From NCBI RefSeq assembly GCF_963921235.1, contig NC_086097.1, forward strand, positions 44,146,001 to 44,210,000: a stretch of 64,000 nucleotides of DNA, read 5' to 3'. The translations under genes and the position numbers were made by a program. The stretch's first letter is position 1; every line of letters starts with the position of its first letter. The notes under the pieces were generated by a model, which had not been told where the DNA came from, did no database searches, and saw nothing but the letters and a program-made list of their open reading frames with translations. Positions 1 to 13,247 of the stretch are shown piece after piece. The DNA is from Mobula hypostoma. Lineage: Eukaryota.

Positions 1-3000
1 CATCTGATGGGGGAAGACTGGTGAGCAAGTCCAGGGCAATGTGGGACCAGGGTCTCTTGCGGATAGACAGGGGTTGTAACAGACCAGCGGATGATCGGTT
101 AGAATTCTTGCCTTGAGCACGGACCGAGCAGGCTGAGACAAAGTTGCGGATGTCATCTCTCATGGAGAACCACCAGAACCGCCGACTGATGAAGGCCTGA
201 GTACACTTGGTTCCAGGATGACAGGATAACCGGGAGGAATGATCCCACCGCAATACTTGTGAGTGGACAGAGCTGAGAACATAACCACGGTTAGTGGGGC
301 ATTGACTAGGGGCTGCCTCGCTCTGTTGAGCAGCTTGCACAATGGATTCAATGTCCCATTGTGCTGCACCCACAAGCAGGGAGGATGACATTGGGTACCT
401 CAGGGGTCTCAGAGGAGGGAAATCTTCGGGAGAGGGCATTAGGTTTTCCATTCTTGGAACCGTGGCCAAAGGACAGAGTAAAATTGAATCTTGAGAAAAA
501 CAGGGACTACAAGCTTGATGGGAGTTGAGATGCTTGGCAGGACGGATATATTTTGGATTCTTGTGTTCAGTCCAGACCAAGATTGGCACCTTGGCTCCTC
601 CAGCCAATGCCTCCAATCCTCCAGAGCTAGCTTCACAGCCAGCAGCTCCCAGTTTTTGACATCTTAATTCTGCTCTGTGGGAGTGAGGTGGAGAGAGAAG
701 GCAGCACAGGGGTGTACCTTCTCATCCTTGGCCGAGTGCTGAGAGAGAACAGCTCCTACACCGATGTCAGATGCATCCACCTCCACAATGAACTGCCGGT
801 TGGTGTCGGGTTGAATCAGGACAGGGGCAGAGGTGAAACGTTCCTTCAGGTCAGAGAATGCTTTTTTAGCAGCAGGGGATCAGGAGAATCTGACAGATCA
901 GGTAAGAGCAGAGAGTGGTGCAGCCAGTGTACTGTAATCACTGAAGTAGCGACAGAAGTTATCGAAGCCCAAGAAACGTTGCAACTCCCGACGAGTCAAA
1001 GGTTGGGGCCATCCGACTATCGCCTTAACCTTCTATTGGTCCATGTGAATGGAACTGCCTGAAATTACATACCCCAGGAAGGAGACGGTATTGCAATGAA
1101 ACTCACATTTCTCAGCCTTCACAAAGAGCTGGTTCTCCAGAAGGCACTAGAGAACTCTGCAGACGTGCCCTGTGTGTTCAGCAAGGGACTTAGAAAAAAA
1201 ATCAAAATGTCGTCGAGTTACACAAAAACAAATTGGTTCAGCATGTCCCTGAGAATGTCATTTACCGGGGCTGGGAAGACGGCGGGTAGACCGAATGGCA
1301 AGATCAGATACTCACAATGGCCTGAAGTGGTGCTGAAGGCCATTTTCCACTCGTCCCCTTTGTAGATGCGGACAAGATGGTAGGAATTACGGAGATCAAG
1401 CTTGGTGGAAACTGAGGCTTCTTGCAGTAGTTCAAATGCTGAGGTCATGAGCAGAAGAGGGTAACGGTTCTCAACAGTGACTTCATTCAGTCCCTGGTAA
1501 TCAATGCATGGACGCAAGGAGCCATCCTTCTTTTCAACAAAGAAAAAAGACTAGCACCAGCAGGGGAAGAAAATGGCCGGATAATGCCTGCAGCCAGAGA
1601 CTCTTGAATATACTTTTTCATGGCTTCTGTTTCAGGTACAGACAGGGAGTACAGGCTGCCACTTGGGGGAGATATACCAGGCAAGAGGTCAATGGTACAA
1701 TCATATGGACGATGAGGCATCAGGGAAGCGGCCCAGGACTTGCTGAACACAGCCATGTATTCAGGAGGGATGGCACTAAGGTCTGGAAATTCCTCGGGAG
1801 GATCTGGGCTTGGAGACAAGGGGATCTGAGCATGGCGGAGGCAGTGAGAGTGACAGAATGGGCTCCAGCCTACAACCTTGTGACTGAGCCAGTCAATGTG
1901 GGGGTTGTATTTAGCTAACCAGGGATGGCCCAGGACAATGGGAGCTTGACTGTTAATGATGGTTGCCAGATAAACTGAGACTCATCGGGGCCATGACATG
2001 GGTGATGTTAGCCAGTCTCTGACTGTTCAAGGCATTGGCCATCAATGGTGACTGGAGAGCAGACCTGGGTAATCCCCACTGGGCAGCCAAGCCAGAATCG
2101 ATAAAACGCACCTCCGAACCTGAATAGACCAAGATGGAGACTGCTCGCTGTTGGACACCCCACTCCAGAGAAGCAGGTATGAGATTGAGTGGTGTCGAGG
2201 AGGGTCGGACAGGGGTCACACTCACCAATACTCCTCGTCCTACTGGTGAGCGCTGGCTTTTACTGGGCAGGTGGCGATAAAGTGGTTTGGTTGGCCACAG
2301 TACAGACAGGAACAGGTGCTGATTCTCCTGTGTCTTTCAGTCGGCATCAGGCAGGTACAGTCAACCTTCGTAGCTTTGGGTTCTGGAACAGGAATTGTAG
2401 ATGGGGGCAAACGGTAGGGCAATGTAGACCGACGAGGAGCTTGGAACTCACCCAGTGCCCCCAGGGACCTTCTGCAACCCCTCCCTCTGTGGCACTGCTG
2501 AAGGCGACAATCAATACGGATGGCCAAATCCACCAGGGCTTCAAAGGTGGCAGGAAGGTCCTGGGTGACCAGCTCATCTGTGATGTCTTCGGAGATGCCA
2601 TTCAGGAAGGTGTCGTACTGTGCCTCCGAGTTCCAGCCACTGGAGGTACTTGGATTTCGGCGTAATCCAACACAGATCTGCGCCCCTGGTGCATGAGCAG
2701 CATTTCACAGGCAGTCTCTCTCCCATGTTTGGAGTGATCAAATACTTTTCTCATCTCCTCAAAAAATAACTGAAAACTACTGCAGAAAGGGGAGCCTGCC
2801 TCCCAGACGACTGTTCCCCGTTCTCTCGCCAGACTGGACAGTTGGGTGATAACATAGGCTACCTTGGCTCGATTAGACAGAAATGTTATTGGTTGCAATT
2901 CAAAAATGAGGGTGCACTGGGAAAGAAAAGAGTAGCAGGTACCAGGCGCACCTGAGTACTGCATTAACTCTCCAACATTTTGACCATATTTCCCCCCCAA

Positions 3001-3352
3001 GAGGACTAGGAGAACAGAACTGTTGAAGCAACCCAAATACCTATGGATGCAGGTACCGGGCTCACCCGAGTACTTTTCTGGAGGAGGTCAACGGGGCTCT
3101 TGGATGGGAGAAGCATGCGAGGATGCAGATGGCAGGGCGGAAGATGCAGTCGCAGAGTGTTGATGGGTACTCTGGGACAACTGGAGTGACTGAGTCTGGG
3201 CCATGAGATCGGCTACATTGCCAGGAAGTGACTCCACTGCCCTGAGAGCATACTCCAGCTGGCTCTGGTGTCTCCCCAGTATCACTCCCTGTTGTTCCTG
3301 GGCAGCTCTCAGATGATCAGGGTCTGCTGGATCTATTCTGGCTAGAGTGTAC
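1..3352 (-). mobile_element. Decayed Ty3/gypsy LTR retrotransposon, sushi/chromovirus type; internal region runs off the window start
   Basis: Fragmented gag with CCHC knuckle CLYCGQPNHFIATC. Protease ILVYSGSE (catalytic D lost). RT RPCIDY..LN / [13 protein letters not shown] / DEWKMAF / PFGL. RNase [12 protein letters not shown] and LALEDWRHWLE. Start of integrase. Many frameshifts and stops. Confidence 0.92.
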
Positions 3353-3859
3353 TGTCAGGACACTGGAGCAGGGATCCAATCGCAGAGATCCAATCGCAGA
3401 CCCAGTACTGTGCACACAGTGATATTAATTGAGTAACAATTCCCAAGGTGCAAACAAAGTTGGCATCAAAGTTCAGGCAGAGATCAAAACATTCAGAGAA
3501 ACCCAAAAACCAGAATCAGGAAACAAGCAGAGTCAATATTCAGACAGACAGAGTACAGATACAAATGCTGGAAAGACTCGGGAAAATTCACTGGCACAAT
3601 CTGGCAACAAACAGGTGAAAACACAGGACCAAAATACACTGAGCAATAAACAGAGAGGCAGATGATAGGTGGAGCACAATGAGACACAGGTGGCAGCAAT
3701 ACAGGTAATAATGAGAAGCAGGTGAGAGACAGGGTACTCAGTAATACAGGGGCCAGAGTAGAGCAGGAGCCAGGACAGGAGCACGTGACAATACAAAACC
3801 ACAGACTGACAGCTAGGGGGAACACACAAAAAGACAAAGTTCAACTGGAGGTACTGACA
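3353..3859 (-). repeat. 5' LTR of the sushi-type element
   Basis: Bounded by TGTCAG...CTGACA inverted termini and abuts the gag leader. Contains a 14-bp tandem duplication gatccaatcgcaga at about 3373-3400. Confidence 0.8.
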
Positions 3860-4975
3860 GAATCTGATTTGTACATATAACACTTTGCAATATGAGAGTT
3901 GGAGAAAAAATTGAGGCTGTTCTGCAAGAACTAGGGAGTCTCAAGAGAATACGAGCACATCAGGCAAGACTGAATCATTTGCATCCAACTTGTAATCCAT
4001 GACACCCTTTATATCAGATTCCCACCATTGTGGAATCCAGTCTCCAGTTCATGGAGTTAACACAACAGGAATGACGGAGCACATCAAATATTGCTAAAGG
4101 CATAATTCCCAACATGATCTCAGCTGTAGTGTCAAAGATTTGTGCTCCAAACCCAGATAAACTTTAGCCAAACTAATCTAGCGGAGCTAGAAAAAATAGC
4201 ACAGAAGCCACCCTTAATCAGTGGAAGATCGTCAGCTCACTATTCACACAGCCGCCCACCCACCTTATCTGGTACATCTCAGATATGGAAGAATCTGCAG
4301 TTTCCTTACTTGTCTTATCAAACATCTCTGAACTCATAGAACAAGAATGGAGGCAAGTCATCCTTGATGCCAAGGACTGTCTGAATAACAACAGAAGACA
4401 ACCCTTCTTTCTCCTTACGTTATTAATCCGCACAAATCATAGGAAATCCAGCCTAATGAATGTAGCCTTATCGGTCTACATCTAATCTTTGCAATGGTAT
4501 TGCTTATACTGCCAGCAAGTAGCACCTTATCAATAATTAGTTCAATGATTATTCACATTCCACTGGGACTTATTTGATTGTGGCTTTGGTCCTATCTTAC
4601 ATATTCGGCCACAACCTCAGCACCACGTTGTGGGCTCCTTTATTTTAAGGAGCTGGCAATTTGCAGGGATGGCTGGTACATTCGCAGCCAGGATCACTGT
4701 AGATGAGAAAGAAGCGGGACTTGTACAATAGCAGAGATGGAGCCACCCTGAAAGCTATATGTTGCACCACTAATTTTCAAGATTCCTTGCTGTAATCTAC
4801 CAAAGTTTCTGAAAGAGCTTTCTCCATATCTGTAGCATCTGCCATTTAGAAGGCTGCGGTCAAATGTGCAGTGGGCATCATCACCTGCAAGTTGCCATCA
4901 GGACTCAGAAATACATTGCTGTTCTTTCATCAATATTGGATCAGATCCTTTCCTGAAGAACATGCTTAGATTATG

Positions 4976-5572
4976 AAGACACGTAGTCCTCTTTATTGTC
5001 ATTTAGTAATGCATGCATTAAGAAATGATACAATATTTCCTCCGGTGTCCTATCACAAAACACAGGACAGACCAAGACTGAAAAAACTAACAAAACCACA
5101 TAATTATAACATATAGTTACAACAGTGCAACAATACCATAACTTGATGAAGAAGTCCATGAGCACAGTAAAAAGTTCAAAGTCTCTCAAATGTCCCACAT
5201 CTCACGCAGACGGGAGAAGGAAGAAAAACTCTCCCTGCCATGCCTGACCACAGTCCGACTCTGAGTCGTCCGAAAACTTCAAGCCTCTGATCAGCTCTCC
5301 GACACCGAGTACCAAGCGCCATCTCTATCCGAGCGATTCGACCTCAATCTCAGTCGCCAATAGCAGGCAAAGCCAGGGATTTTGAGGCCTCCCCTCCAGA
5401 AGATTCATGATCGTGCAGTAACGACAGCAGCGAACCGGCGTTTCAGAAATTTCTCCAGATGTTCCTTTGTGTTTTCTCGTCTGTCTCCATCAAATCAGAA
5501 TTGTCCACGGCCCCTATTTAATGGATACAATATCATTTTTCACCGGAGGGCTGCGCATGCACACTCTCTCCT
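4976..5572 (-). mobile_element. Non-autonomous retroposon with Rex1/Babar-like tail
   Basis: Shares the 3' tail (ttcttaatgcatgcat..aaatgacaataaa) and body segments with the element at 27230-27880. Confidence 0.55.
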
Positions 5573-6035
5573 CCCACTTGATGTTGGGAAGTGCATTTTA
5601 TGGCACTAGTTCATCTTCACCTTCTTGAGAGCAGTTCTGGATAAGCATTAAATGCTGGCCTTTCCAGTAATATCCACATTCCACAACTGAAATACAAAAT
5701 CATTTACATACTTATAATTAAGATATGGCTTGCCATATTCTTGTTACCTCAGGCATAGTTTAACTAACACATGCACTTAGTACATTAGAGTCCTGAATAA
5801 TTGCATTCTTTTAAGTGGGAGAGTATAATTTATCTGCAGTGAACTTATTGCATTTTAATTAATTTGTGATATGTTCTGCATGCATGAATTATTTTTTGTT
5901 GGTTACCTGCCACTTTTTATTCAAATGTCAACATTTTATGCACAAATTAATTACGAAATATTTCATGGGAGGATGGGAGTTCCTTTAGCATTCTGCATGG
6001 GGAGTGTAATTTACATGAATAACAGCAATTTATAC

Positions 6036-8770
6036 CATAAGACATAAGAGCAGAATTAGGCAATTCAGCCCATTGTGTCTGCTCTGTCATTTTGTTATGG
6101 CTTATTTATTATCCCCCTCAACTCCATTATCCTGCCTTCTCCATGTATCCTTTGACATCCTGACTAATCAAGGATCTATCAACCTTCAGTTTAAATATAC
6201 CCAGCAACTTGCCATCTGGGGCAATGAATTCCACAGATCCACTGCCCTCTGGCTAGAGCAATTCCTTCTCACCTCTGCTCTGAATTAGAGGGCTATGGGT
6301 AACCCTAGGTAATTTCTAAGATAAGGACATGTTTGGCACAGCTTTGTGGGCCGAAGGGCCTGTATTATATTGTTGGCTTTCTATGTTTCTAAATGACTGT
6401 CTCTCTATTCCAAGGCGGGGCCCCCTAGTTCTATACTCCCACACTAAAGGAAATATCCTCTCTACATCTACTCTATCTATGCCTTTTAATATTCCTGAAA
6501 CCTCATCCTTAATAATAGACCAATATCTTTCCAACCACTGAAGTGAAGTTAACTGGCCTACAATGTCCTTTCTTCTGTCTCTCTCCCTTCTGAAAGAGTA
6601 GAGTGACATTTGCAATTTTCTAGTCCTCCGGAACCATTCCAGATTCTAGTGATTCTTGAAAGATCATTACTGATGTCTCCACAATCTCTTCAGCTACCTC
6701 TTTCAGAACCCTGAGGTGTAGTCTATCTGGTCCAGGTGACTTATCTATCCTCAGAGTTTCCAGCTTCCCAAGCACCTTCTCCGTAGTAAGAGCAACAACA
6801 GTTGCTTCTGCCCCCTGACACTCCTACGTTCCTGGCATTCTGCTCGTGCCTTTCACAGTGAAGACTGATGCAAATTACCTATTAAGTTCATCCACCATTT
6901 ATTTGTCCCCAATTACTACATCTCCAGTGTCATTTTCCAGTAATCTGGATTCCACTCTCCTCTCTCTTTTACTCTTTATAAATCAGAAAAAACTTATTGT
7001 ATCCTCTTTTATATTATTGGCTAGCTAACCTTCATATTTAATCTTTTCTCTCCTTATGGCTTTTTCGTACCCTTCTGTTAGTTTTTAAATGCTTCCCAAT
7101 CCCATACCTTCCCACTAATCCTTGCGATATTATATGCCCTCTCTTTTGCTTTTATGCATCCTTGACTTCCCTTGTCAGCCTCTGTTGCCTTATCCTCCCT
7201 TTAGAATACTTCTTTATCTTCCCTCCACCTTCTAAACTGCACTCTGAAACTTCAACCATTGCTGTTCTGCTGTCATCCGTTTTGGTATCACCTTCCAGTC
7301 TAGTTTGGCCAGCACCTCTCTCATGACTCTGTAATTCCCTTTATTCTGCTGCAATTCTGATACATCTGATTTTAGCTTCTCCATCTCAAAATACTGGGTG
7401 TATTCTATAATATTATGATCACTACCTCTTAAGTTCTCTAATCAAATCTGGTTCATTACACAATACACAATCCAGAATTACCTTTACCCTAGTGAGCTCA
7501 ACCACAAGCTGCTCTAAAAAGACATCTTGTGGACATTCCCTCTCTTGGGGTCCAGCATCAACGTAGTTTTCCAAATCCCCATGACTGTTGTAACATTACC
7601 CTTTTTACATGCCTTTTTCTATCTCGCATTGTAATTTGTCTCCCACAAGTGGGCTACTGTTCAGAGGCCTGTACATAACTCCCAAAAGGGTCTTTTTACC
7701 CTTGTAGTTTCTTAACTCTATCCACAAGGATTCTAGATCTTCTTATCCTAAGTCACCACTTTATAAGGTTTTGATCCTAATTCATCTCCTATGTCTTATG
7801 GTCTTATATGTGCAGAGGATGTTTCCTATAATGGGTGAATCGAGTGGGTCGAGATTGATGGATTCTTGGTTTGTCAGGGTGTCAAAGGTTCCAGGGAGAA
7901 AGCAGGAGAAAGGGGCTGAGAGGATAACAAATCAGCCATGATGAAATGGTGGAGCAGACTTGAAGGGCCAAGTGGCCTAATTCGGCTCCTATGTCTTTTT
8001 GTCTTACAGTCTTATCACTCCATTTTTTACCGACAGAGCCACCCCACCCTCTCTGCCTACTTACCTGTCTTTTTGATACAATATGTATCCTTGGATGTTA
8101 AGCTCCCACCTGTGATCTTCTTTCAGCGAATACTCAGTGATGATCACAATGACATACCTGCCAATCTCTAAATGTGTTACATGATCATCCACCTTATTCT
8201 GTAGACCATGTGTATTCAAGTATAACACCTTCACTCTTGTATTCATCGTCCTGATTTTGTCCCCATGTTTCACTTCCATTTATCCCACTGACTGTAATTT
8301 TGTCCTATCACCTGCCTGTTCTTTCTCACAATCTCACTACACACTCCATCTACTTGCATGGCAACTGCCCCATCCTCAGCCCTATCACTCCTATGTTCCC
8401 ATCCCTCTGCCCAGTTAGCTTAAACCCTCCTCAACAGCTCGAGCAAACCTGCCCAAGAGTGTTGATCCCCCTCGGGTTCAGGTGTAACCCATCCCTTTTG
8501 TTAAGCTCATACCTTCCCCAGGAGAGATCCCAACGATCCAGAAATCTAAAACCAATGCCCCTGCACCAATTCCTTAGCCATGCATTCATTTCTCAAAACG
8601 TCCTATTCTTACTCCCACTGGAGCATGGCACTGGCAGCAATCCAGAGATTACTACCCGAGAGGTTCTGCTTATTATCTTTCTACCTATATTCTTCCTCAG
8701 GACCTCCTCCCTTTTTCTAGCTATTGTTGGTGCCAATACGTGCCTTGACTTCCGGCAGTTCACCTTCCTC
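6036..8770 (-). mobile_element. Degenerate, internally deleted CR1-clade LINE (ORF1 end, endonuclease, 3' end) with nested CR1 tails
   Basis: Endonuclease-like VKVLYLNTHGLQNKVD...IITEYSL at 8061-8279. Collinear with the copy at 43030-46430. Confidence 0.8.
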
Positions 8771-8899
8771 CATTTATAAAGTGAGAGTATGAAGTCACAA
8801 TAGTATTGAGGACATAACCATTAAGGCACTTCCATCAATTTCCCTAGAGGATGGAAGTAGCTGTTGATTGAAAAATTGTTGTCTGAATTTATTTATTTT

Positions 8900-9125
8900 A
8901 TTTAGAGATACAAGGCTTTCCAGCCTAAGGAGCTCAGTTACATTTATGTGACCAATTAACTTATTGACCCATACATCTTTGGAATGTCGGAGGAAACCAG
9001 GGTATCCAGAGGAAACATCACGTAGTCACAGGGAGAACGTATAAGGTTCGTGCAGACAGTGGTGGGATTGGAACTGTGTTGCTGGTGCTGTAATATCATT
9101 ACAATTACTGCTACACTATTGAGCT
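8900..9125 (-). mobile_element. tRNA-derived SINE (V-SINE/HE1-like), degenerate
   Basis: Reverse complement resembles the SINEs at 12268 and 14727. Confidence 0.55.
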
Positions 9126-10122
9126 GCCCTAAAGTTCAGTGCAGATTTTGTGCACTTGCTTCCCTCTTCCCCCAGTGCTTCTTCCAGTGTTTAGCATGTA
9201 TTAACATTAATTCCTCCATGAAGAGAAAGGGCAAAATGTGGCAGTTAGTTGGATGTTTCCTTGTCCATATTGTTCACAGGGTCCAGACCAAACATTAATA
9301 GCACCCAGGTCATTCTATTGTGACTGCATACTATTATATTATCATGGTATTATGTCTATATAGCAGAAGAGGTGGAACTTAATACTTAGATGGTAAATGG
9401 AGACTGTCTGAATGGTATGATGCTGTGAGTAAAATTAAGATTAAGCACTTGTGGAACAATTCTCCCAGTTTTGGCAGAAGTCCCAGATGTTACAAAGGAC
9501 AAACTGTACTGGGTATGCCTTTGTTACACCCACATTCAATACCTAGGTTAATGCCTGAGTGCTTCATCCAATGTTACTCTCATTACACTTCTATGTAGCA
9601 GTTTAATACAATTGAGTGCCTTTCTGGGCCATTTCAGAGACAATCATATTGTTGTGAGTCTGCAGGCATAGAATGGGTAAGAGTGGAAAGCTTCCCTTTT
9701 AAAAGGGCATTAATGAGTGTGTTGTTCTCTTTTTATAGCAACCCAGTGGTTTCACAGCACAAGCTTTTTATTCTAGATATATTTAATTAGCTGCATTCAA
9801 ATTCACAGACAACCATGATGGAATATGAGCTCATGTCTCTGGTCGATTAATTCAAGTCCCTCATTTACTGGTCTTTAACATGATGATCATGCCACAGTTT
9901 CAATTAATTCCCAGATTGCCTCTTTCATTTCAAATGCAAGAGAAAAGTCTTAACTCACAAAAAAGCAATGTCATGAAAGAACGGGAGTATTTTTACAGTT
10001 TTCGGCATCGTGTTTTTAGATTTGAATATCTGGTTTGTCTGTAACAGATCACTAAATATTTGAAGTAATTTTGGCTTTTTCTGTAAGCTCTTTAAGCATC
10101 ATAAACTTTCATTAAATGTTAA

Positions 10123-11105
10123 ACATAGAATAGTACAGCACAGTACAGGCCCTTCGGCCCACAATGTTGTGCCGACCCTCAAACCCTGCCTCCCATATAA
10201 GCCCCCACCTTAGATTCCTCCATATACCTGTCTAGTACTCTCTTAAACTTCACTAGTGTATCTGCCTCCACCACTGACTCAGACAGTGCATTCCACGCAC
10301 CAACCACTCTCTGAGTAAAAAACTTTCCTCTAATATCTCCCTTGAACTTCCCACCCCTTAGCTTAAAGCCATGTCCTCTTGTATTGAGCAGTGGTGCCCT
10401 GGGGAAGAGGCGCTGGCTATCCACTCTATCTATTCCTCTTATTATCCTGTACACCTCTATCATGTCTCCTCTCATCCTCCTTCTCTCCAAAGGGTAAAGC
10501 CCTAGCTCCCTTAATCTCTGATCGTAATCCATACTCTCTAAACCAGACAGCATCCTGGTAAATCTCCTCTGTACCCTTTCCAATGCTTCCACATCCTTCC
10601 TATAGTGAGGTGACCAGAACTGGACACAATACTCCAAGTGTGGCCTAACCAGAGTTTTATAGAGCTGCATCATTACATCACGACTCTTAAACTCTATCCC
10701 TCGACTTATGAAAGCTAACACCCCATAAGCTTTCTTAACTACCCTCTCCACCTGTGAGGCAACTTTCAGGGATCTGTGGACATGTACCCCGAGATCCCTC
10801 TGCTCCTCCACACTACCAAGTATCCTGCCATTTACTTTGTACTCTGCCTTGGAGTTTGTCCTTCCAAAGTGTACCACCTCACATTTCTCCGGGTTGAACT
10901 CCATCTGCCACTTCTCAGCCCACTTCTGCATCCTATCAATGTCTCTCTGCGATCTTTGACAATCCTCTACACTATCTACAACACCACCAACCTTTGTGTC
11001 ATCTGCAAACTTGCCAACCCACCCTTCTACCCCCACATCCAGGCCATTAATAAAAATCACGAAAAGTAGAGGTCCCAGAACAGATCCTTGTGGGACACGA
11101 CTAGT
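10123..11105 (-). mobile_element. Young 5'-truncated CR1 LINE (RT C-terminus, 293-aa open frame)
   Basis: FADDTK RT motif, LVRPHLEYCVQFWSP, RRMRGDMIEVY, and a CR1 3' tail. Confidence 0.95.
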
Positions 11106-11107
11106 TA

Positions 11108-11571
11108 ACTGGGTTTCATCTCCTAAGTTACAGAGAAAGGTTGAACAAGTTGGGTCTTTATTCTTTGGAGTATAGAAGGTTGAGGGGGGACTTGATAGAG
11201 TTATTTAAAATTATGAGGGGGATAGATAGAGTTGACGTGGATAGGCTTTATCCATTGAGAGTGGGGGAGATTCAAAGAAGAGGACATGAGTTGAGAGTTA
11301 AAGGGCAAAAGTTTAGGGGTAACATAAGGGGGAACTTCTTTATTCAGAGAGTGGTAGCTGTGTGGAACGAGCTTCCAGCAGGAGTGGTTGAGGCAGGTTC
11401 AATGTTGGCATTTAAAGTTAAATTGGATAGACATATGGACAGGAAAGGAATGGAGGGTTATGGGCTGAGTGCAGGTGGGTGGGACTAGATGAGAGTAAGA
11501 GTTCGGCATGGACTAGAAGGGCCGAGATGGCCTGTTTCCGTGCTGTAATTGTTATATGGTTATATGGTTAT
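11108..11571 (+). mobile_element. CR1 LINE 3' fragment from a different subfamily
   Basis: LGLYSLEYRRLRGDLIE...FFIQRVVAVWNELP, followed by a (ttatatgg)n tail. Confidence 0.9.
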
Positions 11572-12267
11572 AAACTATTCATACCTAATCCTTATCTCTG
11601 CATCTCATTTTCCTACTATCTGGAATATTTTCTTTGACTAACCTCTACCTTCACCATGTTCTTAGCCGTGTTCAGGAAGGCACAAACTCTCACCTGGGCT
11701 CACCTATGAACCAGAGAAGAGTGATAAAGAAAACACCTTGCAACCAATCCATTACTTACAAACACAATCCAATAAATGACACTTTGTAGAAGGTGGAGTC
11801 TCATCTGGGGAGAGGTTGCTATGTTGACACACGAGTGATATAAAGGCAGAAATGTAAAGAAATATGCAAGAACTAATTGTTAACAATTGTATGCCTTTGT
11901 CATGAGAGAATGTGTAAATATAGTTTAGGATTATAACGGTTTAGTATTGTATTTATTTGTTGTGGTCAAACTATCAACAAAGTAATGGTCATCAACAGAA
12001 GAAGACTAAAATAGGAATTATAGTGGAATAAGGATCATTAATTTTATAATTTTTTCTTTAACCATGGGGGATGGACAGCTTTTAATGACCAATGCTACTT
12101 GATTTTTGGAAGTTGATGAAATCCCTCCATTACCTGGCCTGCAGGTACCGTCACATTTCGGAAAGCAGTTCCAAGAATTTGTCCACAAAATTTAAAGAGG
12201 AGGAGCACAGATATGTATCCAGGTCAAGGTGTGAGTTATCTCTGAGGTGTGCTCTCAAGTGGCATTT

Positions 12268-12530
12268 GGCACAGTAGCATAGTGGTTAGCACCAGAGACC
12301 CAGGTTCAATTCGTGCTGCTGCCTCTTTGGAGTTTGTACATTTTTCCCGTGACCGCGTGGGTTACCTCTAGCTGTGCCGGTTTCCTCCCGCAGTCCAAAG
12401 ACAAACCGGTTGGCAGGGCAGATGGTCATTGTAAATTGTCCCACGATTAGGCTAGGATTAAATTGGGGGTGGGTGGAGCAGTTCAAGAGGCTGAATGGCC
12501 TCTGCTCTCTATCTCAATGAATAAAAACAA
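12268..12530 (+). mobile_element. tRNA-derived SINE (V-SINE/HE1-like)
   Basis: A box tagcatagtgg, B box ggttcaattc, and central ggagtttgtac...tttcctcccgcagtccaaagac domain. Confidence 0.75.
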
Positions 12531-13032
12531 CAAATAACTATTCCTGTGCATTAGTTGCCATAGTCCTTCTAGATGGCAGAACTCCTGGGTTCCGTAGGCG
12601 CTGCCAAGAAAGTTTTGATACATTGGAAAGTAGATTCTCTGCTTAAAAATGACATCACCAGTTGCCTATTTTGCATATTTCTTCATAGTCATAGGGTTCA
12701 GCTATCCAATTCACGAGCAGCGAGAATTATAATAAAATTGTGTCTTCAATCCATGCTTGATATTAGAAGGGTATTGAAAAATTGCAGCCAAATTTCATGA
12801 ATTTGCTTAGTTTTTCTCTTCCTGTTGGATGTAATATTGCTATATTTTATGACCACCTAATTGTTAGAACTGATTTCCAAACAGAAGAGAGTATTCCATG
12901 TCTTCTCACATTACATATTTGCTTCCCATTGTTAGTCATCGGCAAACCTTAGCTTTACTGTACATAATCTTTAGTGCATGCCGTGTAACACCTCGTTTTC
13001 TGTTTCCGTCATCAAAAAGATATGTTTGCTTT

Positions 13033-13050
13033 TGCCACTAGATGTCAGCA
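13033..13050 (+). promoter_or_regulatory. Candidate CTCF binding site
   Basis: TGCCACTAGATGTCAGCA closely matches the CTCF core consensus and lies in apparently non-repetitive sequence. Confidence 0.45.
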
Positions 13051-13247
13051 TCTCATTGGTTCTTGCATTCAATGGAATGCATGTGGCTAAATAATGCATC
13101 TTTCAGAATATGGTTATTTTCAAAGTCAAAACACCCAAGATTTCAAATTGGTGTTATTATGAACAATTATAGTGTATAACAAATAATAAGAATTTTATTT
13201 TATGTCATAATATTGCTCTATTTCTATTTCTAGGAATAGTTTCTAGG

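Noticed and set aside
1..3352. Functional RTL1/PEG11 orthologue
   Set aside because: Multiple stops and frameshifts, a retained LTR, and orientation opposite to the mammalian arrangement.
10179..11060. Host gene encoded by long ORFs here and at 49121-50050
   Set aside because: Both are 5'-truncated CR1 reverse transcriptase C-termini. The open frames reflect recent insertion.
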